Shown: positions 26,639-39,080 of the stretch, in pieces | Layout: each line of letters starts with the position of its first letter | Numbering within the stretch: the first letter of the stretch is position 1 | Assembly (NCBI RefSeq): GCF_001194135.2 | Contig: NC_068985.1 | Span: forward strand, 106,124,643 to 106,188,642 | Length of the DNA: 64,000 nt | Direction: 5' to 3' | Origin: Octopus bimaculoides | Taxonomy: Eukaryota | Notes under the pieces: generated by a model | What the model was told of the DNA's origin: nothing | Database searches by the model: none | What the model saw: only the letters and a program-made list of their open reading frames with translations | Translations under genes and position numbers: made by a program

Positions 26639-26936
26639 GTAAGTTCAACTTTCTACTGTCACCACACATCCTTTCAACCTCTGCACAGACCTCCTCCCTC
26701 TCTCACTCTCACTTTTTCTCCCTCCCCATATCTCTTTCCCTCTCCTCTCCCTCTGTTTTTTATTTTATTGATATGTTTGTTGAAGTTAATGGAACATGAA
26801 AGGACATAGCAAAATAAAACTGGTTTCTAGAACAATGCAAATATTAATACAGGCACTCGCATACATTTACATTATATGTATGTGTATATTTGTGTATACA
26901 TGTGTATATGTGTTTATATGTGTATTTGTATATATA

Positions 26937-26971
<35 letters not shown>

Positions 26972-28780
26972 CATGTGTATTTGTATGTATGTGTTTATAT
27001 ATGTGTGAGTGTGTGTGCATATATATGTCATGTATATGTATATACTTGTATCTTTTTATTATTTCCAATTGGCAAAAAGTTGCAAAGCTAACTCCAAGAG
27101 CTGAGAGTTTCGTGCATGGTACTTTTCAAATGAACTTCAAATCTGGGAGCTTGTTTTTTACATAAAGTGAATAACACTTCTTCCTGGAACATTTGATTAA
27201 AAATTGAAATTGGACAGTCTCATAAAAAACATGCGTTTTTGAATAGTCTGCCCATTAAACAGAAAGACTTCTTCCTATTTAACAGACAGGCTATTTGAAA
27301 AATATGCGATTTTCATGTGACCTTATGTAGTCCACTTTGCATCTCAGAATCATATATGTGTATATGTATGAGTTACCACTGTACTATGAAACCAGTTGAA
27401 GTTGGATCATGAAGATTTGTGTCTGCATCAACCTGTCAGCTACTCGGGCAGTTATCAAAGGCCGCAGAAGAACTGCCACAATGAAATGCTTGTCTGATGT
27501 TGCTGAAAGGAATTCAATGTGGTTGAAGAGAAATGACCAATGGACCTAGTTATGGGAATATAAGGAAGAAGAGAACTGGTTCCTTTGTCGGTCAGTGTGG
27601 CCTAGTGGTTTGAAACACAGACCTGGGAACACAAGTTTTCAAAAAGAACAGCCTCAGATCAAATCCAACTGGAGACAGAATTTTGGAAAGCAGCAGAATG
27701 ACACCTAGGAGTCATGATCTGGGTGGGCCCGGCTACCGTAGAGTGTCAGGAACAAGGGCTGAAACACTTGTTGGATGGGATTTCTTCCTCTGAAGATCTC
27801 TCCTGCTGTGTGCTTACCTGGCGGCAAGATTCTGTTAGTTATTTATTTTTAAAAAAATTCTTTTTTCCAACTCCCCTTTACTTAATCGGCATTCAGAATT
27901 AATCTTGATATGGTAGTATCTTTAGAAATTTAAAATGCTTTAAATCTACTATTTTTCCAAATTTGTAACAATTTATTGCATACATACACATACCTTTGTC
28001 TACCATATTATTATGTTTCCAGTAACCTTACTTCTATTCTTTTATTTCATATTTTCTTTGAATAGATAGTAAACACTTTTGCTTAGATTGTGTAATTACT
28101 GATGGCACGTGCCTGCTGTATATATATATATATGCTGGCACAATAGAAATGATCATCAGTAATGTACGATGTATTCACCAATTAAAGATGTAATTTTCTC
28201 CATTCTTATTCTTGTTTTAAACTCTGAATTTCTTGAAATTCTTCAAAGTGATATTTGGAGTTAGTTGTAATACATAAAGAATTACCTTGGATGTTAATTC
28301 TACTTGCAATTATTGATATCTGTTTTGTGAGAATGCAATGAACTGTGTGTATGCATGTTTTTTGTTTGCATATGCATGTTTATATGAAAATATACATGCT
28401 GTTCATGTATGTATTTTTTATATGTAACTATTTTGGCTAGCTTTTCATTGCCAAACTGCATCGTATTGTTGTTGTTAACTAATTCTCAACTCGCCAGCAA
28501 AATTATTATTTGTCTATCGTATCTGTCAAAGAAGTTGACATATTTCCAATATGGCAATTCTGTTCTTACAAACGCTCATCAGTCTGAAATTGTCTGTTCT
28601 GTACTCTGGTATTCACATTCCAATCTGATTGATAGAGTTAATCAAATTTGCTTAACACAGTGCTTTATAGATATCTTCCTGGATTCATTAAGCCCTTTTA
28701 TTTCTTATATATGTATGTCGATGATAGATCGCTAGCCACTAAACCTTTTCTATTTTCTCTCCCTCTTTATTTCTGTGTTC

Positions 28781-28816
28781 CTTTCTGTCGAAGAGCATAG
28801 GCTCGAAACGTAAAAG
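28781..28816 (+). ncRNA. Minimal type I hammerhead-ribozyme-like motif with variant core (CUGUCGA)
   Basis: cttt-CTGTCGA-A-gagc[atag]gctc-GAAA-cg-TA-aaag: stem I cttt/aaag, stem II gagc/gctc, palindromic ACGT. One core deviation (CUGA to CUGU). Confidence 0.55.
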
Positions 28817-28988
28817 ACTTTCTCATTTCCCAAGCGTTAAACTAATACATCTGTTTGTTGTTTACACACCCATCTTCGTTTTTTATTTTTTTAAAAATCC
28901 TCACTATGTATATATTTATATATATGTGTATGTTTATGTGTATATGTTTATATGTATATATATGTATGTATATATATATGTATATGTG

Positions 28989-29043
<55 letters not shown>

Positions 29044-29049
29044 AACTAC

Positions 29050-29745
29050 GGCAATGTACTCTCAGAGTTAGAGTCGGTGTGTGACCTGGGAATCCACAGG
29101 AGCAACGGCACACCTTTCCATTTGCACATTGCTCAAATGCCAACACTATGCAGGTGGGTGGCAGGTTGGATCCTGAGATCCTTCAGGACCAGGAACCAAC
29201 ACACTACTGCTTTGGAGAATCTTTGTCCCCAGCTGTCTGGACTACTGCTCCCAGCTATGGTCACTACAGAGCGTAAAACTAATTGTGGAACTAGAGACAA
29301 TTCAGCACCACTACACAAAGAAGATAGACTCAGTAAAACACATGGGCTACTGGGAAAGGTTAAAGGAGCTGAGACTCTACTCCCTGGAGAGGAAATGTGA
29401 GAGATATGCAGTGCTATACATATGGAAAATAATGGAGGGTCTAGCTCCAAATTTCGGAATCGAAAGCTACAACAATCCTTGAACTGGATGTTATTGTACA
29501 GTACCAAATGTCCCATCTTCTCCATCGAGGATACAAACCCAATATTGTAGTAGCTTGGGATTCAGGGGTAAAAAACTTTTTAATGCCCTACCACAGAACA
29601 TCAGGGATTTGTGAGGTGTGGCCATGGAAGTCTTCAAAAAACATCGAGACACTTTTTTTTATCTGCACATAGTGGCAGGAGACACAAAGAAGAGCAGCAA
29701 TGTCCAACAAGCTACTTCATCAGAAGCAATACTGGAAAAATCCCC
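29050..29745 (+). mobile_element. CR1-clade LINE fragment (C-terminal RT region)
   Basis: DLGI..., WILRSFRTR, LDYCSQLWS and ELETIQHHYTKKI...YWERLKELRLYSLER...YIWKIMEGLAPN across frameshifts. Confidence 0.85.
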
Positions 29746-29847
29746 AAATTGTATTTCCTTGTAAGTTCGGATTTTCTAATTCCCTAACATTATAATATAT
29801 ATACATATATACATATACATATATACATACACATACACAAACATATA

Positions 29848-30828
29848 TCATCATCATCATCATCGTTTAACATCTGCTTTCCATGCTAGCATGGGTTGGA
29901 AGATTTGACTGAGGACTGGTGAACCAAATGGCTACACCAGGCTCCAATTTGATCTGGCAAAGTTTCTACAGCTGGATGCCCTTTGTATCACCAACCACTC
30001 CGAGAGTGTACTGGGTACTTTTACGTGTCACTGGCACGAGGGCCAGTCAGGCGGTACTGACAACGGCCATGCTCAAAATGGTATTTTTTACGTGCCACTT
30101 GCACAGGAGCCAGTCTAGTGGCACTGGCAACGACCTCACTTGAATGTTTTTTCACGTGCCACCAGCACAAGTGCCAGTAAGGCGACGCTGGTAACGATCA
30201 CGCTCAAATGGTGCTATTTACGTGCCACTAGCGCGGAAGCTAGACAGCTGCTCTGGCAATGATCATGCTTGAATGGTACTTTTAGCACTCCACTGGCACA
30301 GATGCCAGTCATCAAATTTGGTTCAATCACGATTTCGATTTCATTTGCCCCAACAAGTCTTTGCAAGCAGAGTTTAGTGTCCAATGAAGGAAAGGTACAC
30401 ATAAGTGGGCTGGCTACACCCCTGGCAGAGGCCTCGGATTATGGTCTCACTTGGCTTGCTGGGTCTTCTCATGCACTGCATATTTCCAAAGGTCTCGGTC
30501 AGAAGTCATTGCCTTGGTGAGGCCTAATGTTCGAAGGTCGTGCTTCGCAACCTCATCCCAGGTCTTCCTGGGTCTACCTCTTCCACAGGTTCCCCCAACC
30601 ACTAGGGTGTGGCACTTTTTCACACAGCTATCCTCATCCATTCTCGCCACATGACCATACCAGCGCAATCGTCTGTCTTGCACACCACAACTGATGCTTC
30701 TTAGGTCCAACTTTTCTCTCAAGGTACTTACACTCTGTTGAGTATGCACACTGACATTACACATCCATTAGAGCATACTGGCTTCATTCCTTGTGAGCTT
30801 ACGCATGTCCTCAGCAGTCATGGCCCAT
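29848..30828 (-). mobile_element. RTE LINE 3' portion with five ~66-bp UTR units, cut by a gap
   Basis: ORF 30447-30764 RRLRWYGHVARM...GRGRPRKTWDEV..DLRTLGL; (CAT)n tail at ~29850. Confidence 0.88.
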
Positions 30829-31813
30829 NNNNNNNNNNNNNNNNNNNNNNNNNNNNNNNNNNNNNNNNNNNNNNNNNNNNNNNNNNNNNNNNNNNNNNNN
30901 NNNNNNNNNNNNNNNNNNNNNNNNNNNNNNNNNNNNNNNNNNNNNNNNNNNNNNNNNNNNNNNNNNNNNNNNNNNNNNNNNNNNNNNNNNNNNNNNNNNN
31001 NNNNNNNNNNNNNNNNNNNNNNNNNNNNNNNNNNNNNNNNNNNNNNNNNNNNNNNNNNNNNNNNNNNNNNNNNNNNNNNNNNNNNNNNNNNNNNNNNNNN
31101 NNNNNNNNNNNNNNNNNNNNNNNNNNNNNNNNNNNNNNNNNNNNNNNNNNNNNNNNNNNNNNNNNNNNNNNNNNNNNNNNNNNNNNNNNNNNNNNNNNNN
31201 NNNNNNNNNNNNNNNNNNNNNNNNNNNNNNNNNNNNNNNNNNNNNNNNNNNNNNNNNNNNNNNNNNNNNNNNNNNNNNNNNNNNNNNNNNNNNNNNNNNN
31301 NNNNNNNNNNNNNNNNNNNNNNNNNNNNNNNNNNNNNNNNNNNNNNNNNNNNNNNNNNNNNNNNNNNNNNNNNNNNNNNNNNNNNNNNNNNNNNNNNNNN
31401 NNNNNNNNNNNNNNNNNNNNNNNNNNNNNNNNNNNNNNNNNNNNNNNNNNNNNNNNNNNNNNNNNNNNNNNNNNNNNNNNNNNNNNNNNNNNNNNNNNNN
31501 NNNNNNNNNNNNNNNNNNNNNNNNNNNNNNNNNNNNNNNNNNNNNNNNNNNNNNNNNNNNNNNNNNNNNNNNNNNNNNNNNNNNNNNNNNNNNNNNNNNN
31601 NNNNNNNNNNNNNNNNNNNNNNNNNNNNNNNNNNNNNNNNNNNNNNNNNNNNNNNNNNNNNNNNNNNNNNNNNNNNNNNNNNNNNNNNNNNNNNNNNNNN
31701 NNNNNNNNNNNNNNNNNNNNNNNNNNNNNNNNNNNNNNNNNNNNNNNNNNNNNNNNNNNNNNNNNNNNNNNNNNNNNNNNNNNNNNNNNNNNNNNNNNNN
31801 NNNNNNNNNNNNN
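30829..31813. other. Assembly gap (largest). Others: 12275-13019, 13944-14132, 33591-33728, 40146-40539, 46398-47230 and short ones
   Basis: Runs of N, mostly adjacent to microsatellites or repeats. Confidence 1.
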
Positions 31814-31959
31814 CAAGGGAGATAACTGTTCGGCTTTCGGTAAGGGGAGGGGAATATATATGTACACACAAAAAAAAAGGTTTCGAAAAACTTGTTTAGT
31901 GAAAGGATTTATGTACAGTGATGTAATCATGAATTGAAATATGCAAAAAGATAAAAGTT

Positions 31960-32845
31960 GGTTATGCATGCATATTAAGACGTGTTCTGTATTTTTCAAT
32001 GAAAAAAGTTTCTTTATTTAAACGTTCTTGTGGAGAGATTGTGTCTTTGCACTGGTAGAAGAGGAAGACTGTGAAATTTGGTTTGATGTTATCTGCACAT
32101 TTTTCTATATGTTCACCGAGAGGAATTTGCCTGCATTGCGGGAAACGGATTTGCTCTTTATGTAGAGTGGTTCTCCTTCTCAAAGTCATACTCATCTGTC
32201 CAATATAGTTGTGTCCGCAAATTGAGCAGGTTATTACATAAATTAGGTTCTCAGAAGCACAAGTGAAACTAGTTTTAATTGTGAACCTCTGTCCTTGTTT
32301 GAAAAGGAAATCCGACCCTTCAAGTGAGTTGGGGCAGATTCTACAGTTTGGGCATCCACATTTTTTAAACCGTTGGTTTTGTGGCTGTTTTGTAAAGCTT
32401 CGCATTTGTTAGTAATCTCTTTAGCGATTTGTGTTGCATTTTGCATTTGATGAGTTTGTGCGTTTTCAGGATGTCATTCATGTTTGGATCTCTAGTTAGT
32501 AAAGGAAGATTTTGCACAATAGTGTTAAATGCCTCACTGTTTCTGGGGTTGTGTGTTGATATAAATAGTAGTGTTTTGAGATGTGGTGTTATGTTTTGTT
32601 GTTCTTAGTGTTTTTATGTCTAAATTTTTTTGGCACGTTTAATTCCCTCGTCTATAAGTGAGGGTGGATATGTCTTTCAGTATGTGTTGTTTCCAAGTTG
32701 TTCTATCAGACACTATTGTGCAAATCCTTCTTGCCAAATTGAAAGGGATATTTATTTTGATGTGTTTCGGGTAGCATGAGCTAAAGAGGAGATACTGTTT
32801 TGATTCAGTTGGTTTATAATAGATGTCAGTTATGATTTGATTTCT
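31960..32845 (-). mobile_element. Penelope-like element remnant: RT thumb plus GIY-YIG endonuclease
   Basis: ORF 31962-32405 has CGCPNCRIC and NLIYVITCSICGHNYIGQ. Upstream minus frame reads TDIYYKPTESKQYLLFSSCYPKHIKINIPFNLARRI. Interrupted by a SINE at ~32850. Confidence 0.88.
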
Positions 32846-33788
32846 CTTTTACTTGTTTTAGTCATTTGACTGTGGCCATGCTGGAGCACCGCCTTTTAGT
32901 CGAGCAAATCGACCCCAGGACATATTCTTTGGAAGCCTGGTACTTATTCTATCGGTGTCTTTTGCCGAACCGCTAAGTTATGGGAACGTAAACATACCAC
33001 CATTGGTTGTCAAGCGATGTTGGTGGGGCAAACACAGACACACAAACATATACACATACATACATACATACATACACATAAATTCATCTTCAGGGAACCA
33101 ACATACAAAAAGTAAGACATGCGCTAAATGCTAAGGTTGCGTACGAGTTATAACATTATATAGCTAAGTAAATGACCGTTAGAAACAAGGACGCTAATTT
33201 ACAGGGATCTATTAAGGGAGAGAGTCTATGAACGCTATACTAAGAGTTTAAATTAGAGGAAGGCAAAATGGATCGCAGTTAAATCCAGAAATCTAAAGTT
33301 AAAAAAAAAAGAAAAAAGGCCAAACTAAAAACCAGGAAAGGAGGAAGGGAGAGAATCCAATGAAGATGAATTTATATGCAATTCCAGCACCTCTTACTAC
33401 TTTGGAGTAGAGTGCACATATATTTTGAAACATATGTAAGAATTAAAGGAACTTATTGATTATATGCGTTTTGCTCCATTTATTATTATTATTCATATCT
33501 ACTCAAAATACATCACTTTTACTTGGTATTTCTACCTATTAACCGGGTATGATATCTCAGTTTTTGTGTGATTTTTGCTACCCTGGTAACNNNNNNNNNN
33601 NNNNNNNNNNNNNNNNNNNNNNNNNNNNNNNNNNNNNNNNNNNNNNNNNNNNNNNNNNNNNNNNNNNNNNNNNNNNNNNNNNNNNNNNNNNNNNNNNNNN
33701 NNNNNNNNNNNNNNNNNNNNNNNNNNNNTATATATATATATACATATATGATATATGTGTGTGTATGTGTTTATTTAAATGTATATAC

Positions 33789-33832
<44 letters not shown>

Positions 33833-34292
33833 ATATATATGTATATGTGTGTGTGGCTGTGTGTTAAGCTTGCTTCCCAACCACATGGTCCTGGCTTCAG
33901 TCCCACTGCATAGCACCTTGGACAAGTGTCTTCTACTATAGCCTTGGACTGACCAAAGCCTTGTGAGTGGATTTGATAGACAGACATGGAAAGAAGCTCA
34001 TCGCATATATATATATTTACCCATGCCAGCATGGAAGGTGAATGTGAAATGATGATGTGCATGTGTGAGTGAGTGTTTGAGTCTGTGTTTGTTCCTCCTA
34101 CCATAGCTTGACAACCGATGCTGGTGTGTTTACATTCCCGTAACTTAGCAGTTTAGCAAAAGAGACCAATAGAATAAGTACTAGGCTTAGATAGAATGAG
34201 TCCTGGGGTTGATTTGTTTGACTAAAATCCTCTAAGGTTGTGCTCCAGCATGGCCACAGTCAAATGACTGAAACAAATAAAAGAATATATAC

Positions 34293-34365
<73 letters not shown>

Positions 34366-34905
34366 TGTGTGTATGTATGTATGTGTGTTCACATATTTCA
34401 CAGAGTTGAAACAGTTGAAGTGTATTTATTTAATGTTTTGAAGATGCTAATATGTAACTAAACAAAACAGGATTTGTGTATACCATGTAGTTATACGATG
34501 GTTCCCCCTCCTACTGAAAAATAATCTAATATGTCTATGAAACATTTTACAGAGTTTATCATCTCATGATTTAACTGCAAATAGTTGGGAGTTAGCTCTC
34601 ATATACTTACCTTCGGCTTTTTATTAGTAATAATACACAGGAAGACTATGCTGAAAACACTCATGTAACAGACATAATATATGATAATAACTTTTTTTTT
34701 GGGGTTGAGTCAGTCTTGCTACTCTGAGTTTCACCTGTAAGTGCACAAGATCTTGCCTATTATGAGTAATAACTTGCTTGAAGATCCTGTGCATCTACGG
34801 GTGAAACTCATGACTCAACCAATATAAAATATATATGTGTGTAGGTGTATTTATATCTTCTGTGCACAACAGTAAGTTGTGATATGTTTGTGTGTTATAT
34901 TTCAG

Positions 34906-35028
34906 CCCCAGACCGGTGTGGCTTCAATGGTACATTCCTGTGTAAGAACAGTCGCTGTATCTATGAGAACTGGAAATGTGACTACACAGATGATTGTGGA
35001 GACAACAGTGATGAGATGAACTGTCCTG
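34906..35028 (+). CDS. LRP12: LRP12-like exon: LDLa repeat 5
   Basis: atttcag / gtgagt. [37 protein letters not shown]. 123 nt, phase 1-1. Confidence 0.93.
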
Positions 35029-35998
35029 GTGAGTAGTGTTGATTCATTCATACACACAAACATATTCTAAGTTCTCTATCTTCTTTGTCATATGTGTCAA
35101 CTGGTACTTATTTGAACCCATGTAAAGCCAAGGTATCTTTCAGCATTACTTCTTTTTCAAGTTTATCTTGTGTCTTTGACTCTATCAGGCATTTATTCTG
35201 AAGTCATTAATCACTTGTCAATCTTTAGTGGTACATTCATCACCAGAAATAACTTGATATTCACAACCTGCTGTCTGTCTTGTTGCTTGCTGGGTGAGAA
35301 GTCTATCTGGCTTGCATGTTCACTTGATTAGTTGGTGACAAACTGACTTTTGGTTTACTGATGTTTGTGTTGCAAATGGTAAGTCTTTGCATTAGAAAAC
35401 TTTAAAAATCTCGACCCCTCTTCATTCCTTGTGCAATGTCTATAGCTATGTATACACACACATTAGCTACAAGTATTTGCACATATGTACAAACACAGAT
35501 ATGGTTACGTATATATGTACACATTTGCTTATTACATAGTCAACAATCTTTCTACTTTCACTACTTCTACAGTCACTCACTTTACAGTTACTCCTTCTCT
35601 ACTATCTCTTTTCCTCATCAAAACTACACTCTCATCTTGTGTTCTTCTTTACAGGTATCCTTTCATCTCATCTTCCACACTTATACTTCCCCTCTCTTCT
35701 CTCTGTGCAGTCACCTTTCCACTCTCACCCTTCTTTTCTCTCTTTACAATTACTTTTCCGCTCTCTAATCACATTTCCTCACTCACTTCTCTCTGTAGTC
35801 AGTTTTCACTCTCTTCTGTCTCATGTCACCTTTTACTCCCTTCTCTTTGTAGTCACCTTCTCCTTTCTACGTTATGACAATCTCTTTCCTTTCCTCATCT
35901 CTTTATCATCATCGTCTCTTCTCTATTACTACTGATTCTAATATAACCAATCTTTATATACCTCATTATTGATCCAGTCTTTTTCTTCTCTCTTCCAG

Positions 35999-37143
35999 GC
36001 AGTTCCAACAGAGTGATATTGGTAGCTGTGGTTGGTTCTCTCACATGTGCCCTGCTATTGGTCATTGCCCTTGGATTTACCTGTAAGCTGAACTCTCTGC
36101 GACACCGTGACCGACACCGCCTGCGACTGACTGAACCCGGAGGCCCACTCACCCACTGGCAGTCGGAGTTTATGCGACGCCCGGCACCTCCTTCCTATTG
36201 TGAGGCGATGATTACGTCAATGCCGTTTGAAGAAGCCCAGCGTATTTTCCAGGAGCGCAGACGTCACTCGAGACGTAGCAACCGCAGTCGTCATCGCTCA
36301 TCGAATTCCAGTTCGCGATCAAGAAGCTGTTTGACCGAGAGCAGCCAAACAACAGCCGAACTTGTGGAACAGAATCCTGCAGTTGTCACGGCAACGGAGA
36401 GGCCCGCAACCGAGGAAGGCTGTGATGGGTCAGATGTTCCTCTAATTACAGACGGCCAAGACGACACTGTAAATAGCACAAACACTGACTTTGATAGGCA
36501 AGGATCAACTACCACCCTTCTTCTACCCAGTGAGTCGTCTGATTCTGAGCAGTCGGAAACTCGAGACGAAGCACACCGGGTTGAACGAGCAAACCGACAA
36601 ACTGATGTGGAGAGTAATGGTGGCAGAAACAACAACAACAGTGGTGGTGGCAGCAGTGGTGGTGGCAATAACAGAGGTAGCAGTGGTGGAGGGCCAGGGA
36701 GAGAGGGGCGGAATGGAGATGTTGAGCGAGAACAGGTTCAGTTTAGTTCAGAGGACATCACAGCTTGCTGGCGGCATCCATCTCCGGTGAAGATCTGTGG
36801 CAGAATCTCCAGTGAGCCTCTCCTAAACTTCACTGACTCTAACAATATAGAAATGGCCAGCGCCATCTGTGATAACGACGTTACTGGCACCACTGAACTT
36901 GTCGAGCGACTCAGCAGTGAAATTGTGATGGGCAACGATGATGATGACAAAAGGTCGGCAATTTTGTCTCAAGTGGGCAGCACGTCCAGCGACTGTTGTC
37001 ATAGCAACCTGAATGACAGCAATGCAATACACATGCCCAGCCTCCACTTCAGAATTGGCTCCTGTGACTCATTGAATTCCAGCCAATCAGAGCAAGTTCC
37101 CAGCGATTGTATAAACACCAGTGATAGTTTGACTGCAATTTAA
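35999..37143 (+). CDS. LRP12: LRP12-like last coding exon: transmembrane helix and ~350-aa cytoplasmic tail
   Basis: cttccag acceptor. SNRVILVAVVGSLTCALLLVIALGFTCKL...RRPAPPSY closely resembles the LRP12/LRP3/LRP10 TM and PPSY juxtamembrane signature. Stop TAA at 37141-37143. Confidence 0.93.
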
Positions 37144-37306
37144 CTGTGTCTGTCAGCACCTTCCGTTTTTGTTGAACCCCTCCCTTCCACTTGAGTACAC
37201 TTGAGTATAACAGAGGAGTTGAGTTCTTCTCTTGAGTCTCGCTTTTTTTCTCTAACTCTCAGCCAAAAAAAAAAACCAAAAAAACATCCAAAATATTACT
37301 GTTTGC

Positions 37307-37338
<32 letters not shown>

Positions 37339-38754
37339 TATTGATGATGTCGATGTTGACGATAATAATAATATTAATAATGATAAATAGNNNNNNNNNN
37401 TTTGAAATTTGGAACTGGTATCACGACTGTGATTTTGTTTATGCCCAGGTGAGGAGATTTTATTGTTGAAGAATAAATTAGCAAAGACATATATTATAGA
37501 CAGATATGTCAATGTTGACTGACCAACTGACTGACCGACTGATTGACCAATTATCTGAGATATACAAGGTTGGGTTTGAGTTGAGGGACTAAAATCAACT
37601 CAACTTAAACTTGTTAATTTTTTTCTTCTTGAAAAGCTACCGGAAGAAGACTTGGAAGCGAGCGAGATGGAAGGAGAGGTATGCAGAAATTAGGAAGGCA
37701 AGAAGGCTGAATCAGCAGTGGAGTGGAGTGGAGGGCAAGGAAGAAAGTTCAAATACCAAACGGCAGAACATTTTTTTTTTGTCAGGATTTTCTCTGTTCT
37801 TCTGTTGACTCTTCAATGGCTGGTAGTAAAAAGAGTTTATATCTTCAGCAGCGTTCCACTGGGATCTAGTGTAAGAAATTTGGTCAACTGAAGCTGGTTT
37901 CAACACGGCCAACATAGCTCTCTTTTGAAAAACTATACAGAAATCTCCATACACATAAACATAAACACACATGAAAAAACAAAGTAAATAAAAAAATGTA
38001 ATTTAAAAAAAAATGATCAAACAGAACCAGATGAATAATATTAATTTCTAATTAATCTATTTGCAGAATTAATTTCTTACAGCTAGACCCAACACTGGTA
38101 ACATTATATATATTAAATATATATAGATATATGTTACTAAATGCTTTTTCATTGCTCTACTCCAGCCCCCTTTGACCATCAAAGCTCCATAAAAACAACA
38201 ACAAACAAACAAACAATTTTATATTTTTGACTGCAACAAATTTCTTTAAGAAACAGTTTATTGGTAAAACCAAATTGGTGAATAAAGACCTTCCAAAACT
38301 AGTTTCTGGTTGATTTTTTTACTTGTTTTCAATTTCTGTTATGTGCACATGTATGTGTATGCATGTGCACACATGTACATACAGATACCTTAAAAACAGA
38401 GTAATGTAAACTAACAAAGAATTTCACACAGGTGTAGAGTTAAATATTCTATTTGAATGAGAGACATTATTCCATTTTTATGAATAACACGTATCATCAT
38501 CATCCTTTAATGTCCATTTTCTATGCTGGCATGGGTTGGACGGTTTGACCAGAGCTGGTTGGGTCAGGGTCCTCACCAGGCTCTATTCTGGCATGGCTTC
38601 TATGGCTAGATGTCCTTCCTCAATCCAACCACTCCACAGAGTGTACTGGATGCTTTTTGAGTGGCACCAGTATGAGTGCTCTTGAGTAATGTGCCAGATA
38701 TCTCAGTCCTTAGTCATCTGCTTTGTAAGGTTTATTCTCTTGAGATTGGGTATA

Positions 38755-39080
38755 TACTTGCTTTTACTTGTTTCAGTCATTTGACTGCGGCCATGCTGGA
38801 GCACCGCCTTTAGTCGAGCAAAATTGATCCCAGGACTTATTCTTTGTAAGCCTAGTACTTATTCTATCGGTCTCTTTTGCCGAACTGCTAAGTTACGGGG
38901 ACGTAAACACACCAGCATCGGTTGTCAAGCGATGTTGGGGGGACAAATACAAACATATATACGACGGGCTTCTTTCAGTTTCCGTCTACCAAATCCACTC
39001 ACAAGGTTTTGGTCGGCCCGAGGCTATAGTAGAAGACTAAGGTGCCACGCAGTGGAACTGAACCCGGATCCATGTAGTTG
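38755..39080 (-). mobile_element. Near-intact bipartite SINE between the two gene 3' ends
   Basis: On the minus strand: tRNA-like head remnant (gggttcagttccactgcgtggcacc), core, short AT/AC linker, tail ending gcggtgctccagcatggccgcagtcaaatgactgaaacaagtaaaag. Confidence 0.85.

Noticed and set aside
36291-37047. Antisense and alternate-frame ORFs over the last LRP12-like exon
   Set aside because: Shadow ORFs of a GC-richer low-complexity coding exon, with no splice or homology support.
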